Below are positions 62,900 through 64,000 of a stretch of 64,000 nucleotides of DNA, in pieces (within the stretch, counting starts at the first letter, position 1; every line of letters begins with the position of its first letter). The DNA is taken from NCBI RefSeq assembly GCF_016433145.1, contig NC_058130.1, positions 596,459,840-596,523,839 on the forward strand, written 5' to 3'. The DNA is from Gracilinanus agilis. Lineage: Eukaryota. A program made the position numbers and the translations under genes. The notes under the pieces are model-generated. The model searched no databases, had not been told where the DNA came from, and saw only the letters and a program-made list of their open reading frames with translations.

Positions 62900-63920
62900 A
62901 TTTTAAAAATATTTAATTTTTTTTGAGTTACATTTAGAAATAATTTTTGACAATTGTTTTCTGACAATTTTGAATTCAGATTTTCTCCCTCTTTCCCTTC
63001 CTTTTTCTCCCTTAGGTGGTAAGTAGTCTGATATAGATTATATCAATACTTTCATGCAATACATATTTCCATATTGTTTATGTTGTGATAGAAGACACAT
63101 CATACATACAATAAAAATTTCATGAAGGAAACAAAGTGGAGGATGGTGTGCTTTGATTTGATCCACACTCAGACTTCAACAGTTCCTTCTTTGGCTGTAG
63201 ATAGCATTTTCATTGTGAGTCTCTTGTGGTTATCATAGAAACTTATTTTGTTGATAATGGTTTAGTCCTTCACAGTTGATCATTGTATAATATTTCCATT
63301 TTGATATACATTTTCTCCTGGATCTGCTCATTTCACTTTGCATCAATTCTTATAAGTCTCCTGAGGTTTTTCTGAATTCATACTGTTCATTATTTCTTAT
63401 GGCACAATAGTTTTCCATTACAACCACATACCACAAATCATTCAGACATTTCTCAAGTGACAGACAACCCCTCAGTTTCAAATTCTTTGGCATTACAAAA
63501 AGATCTGGTATAAATATTTTGATATAAGTAGGTCCTTTCCCCTTATTTCTTATTTCTTTGGGAAATAGACCTAGAAGTGGTATTGCTAGGTGAAAGGGTA
63601 TGCATAGTTGTCTGGTCCTTTGTGTGTGGATCCATGTTGCTCTCCAGAATGGTTGGATCGGTTCACAGTTACACCAACAGTGTATTATTGTCCTGATCTT
63701 CCCACATCCATTCCAACATTTATCATTTTCCTTTTTGGTCATGTTAGCCAATCAGATGGGTATGAAGTTTCAGAGTTGTTTTCATTTGCTTTTTTTTTAA
63801 TAAATGGAGATTTGGAACATTTTTTCATATGGCTATGGAGAGTTTGAATTTCTTCCTCTGGGAACTTCCTGTTCATAGACTGATAATTTTTAAATGGAGA
63901 AATTCTTTGTATTTTTATAA
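62900..63920 (-). mobile_element. L1 3' end (ORF2 C-terminus and 3' UTR)
   Basis: ORF 63350-63751 (KCWNGCGKIRTIIHCW...PFW...IPLLGLFPKE) is the L1 ORF2p cysteine-rich C-terminal domain. Confidence 0.9.
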
Positions 63921-64000
63921 TTTGACTCAGGTCAGAGGAAGGATTTCAACTCAGTTCTTTTGACTCCAGATCCAGTGTTTAAGTTTTTAGGATCAAATGA

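Noticed and set aside
1-64000. CRISPR arrays, tRNA/rRNA genes, Rsx-like tandem-repeat lncRNA
   Set aside because: There is no regularly spaced repeat-spacer array, tRNA-like motifs occur only as SINE heads, and no long tandem array is present.

Overview
AT-rich, CpG-poor vertebrate DNA from a marsupial, very probably the opossum Monodelphis domestica. The identification rests on young SINE1_Mdo-type SINEs with intact target-site duplications, MAR1/MIR CORE-SINEs, an RTE-related WALLSI-type SINE and marsupial-type L1. A large share of the window is interspersed repeat: degraded L1, L2 and L3/CR1 LINEs, many SINEs, four LTR-like segments and several hAT/Charlie MITEs, one nested in another. It also has microsatellites, two N-gaps and a probable scaffolding duplication. 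No protein-coding gene, RNA gene or CRISPR array is recognisable. The listed ORFs are L1 ORF1/ORF2 remnants, low-complexity artefacts or unrecognised short frames. Several repeat-free islands look like regulatory or conserved non-coding DNA and carry splice-competent segments, including a phase-compatible minus-strand exon chain, but none can be assigned to a known gene. The window reads as a large intron or intergenic interval. The sequence alone does not support a new biological system. Repeat family names and most boundaries come from recalled consensus sequences and are approximate unless TSDs or TIRs are quoted.
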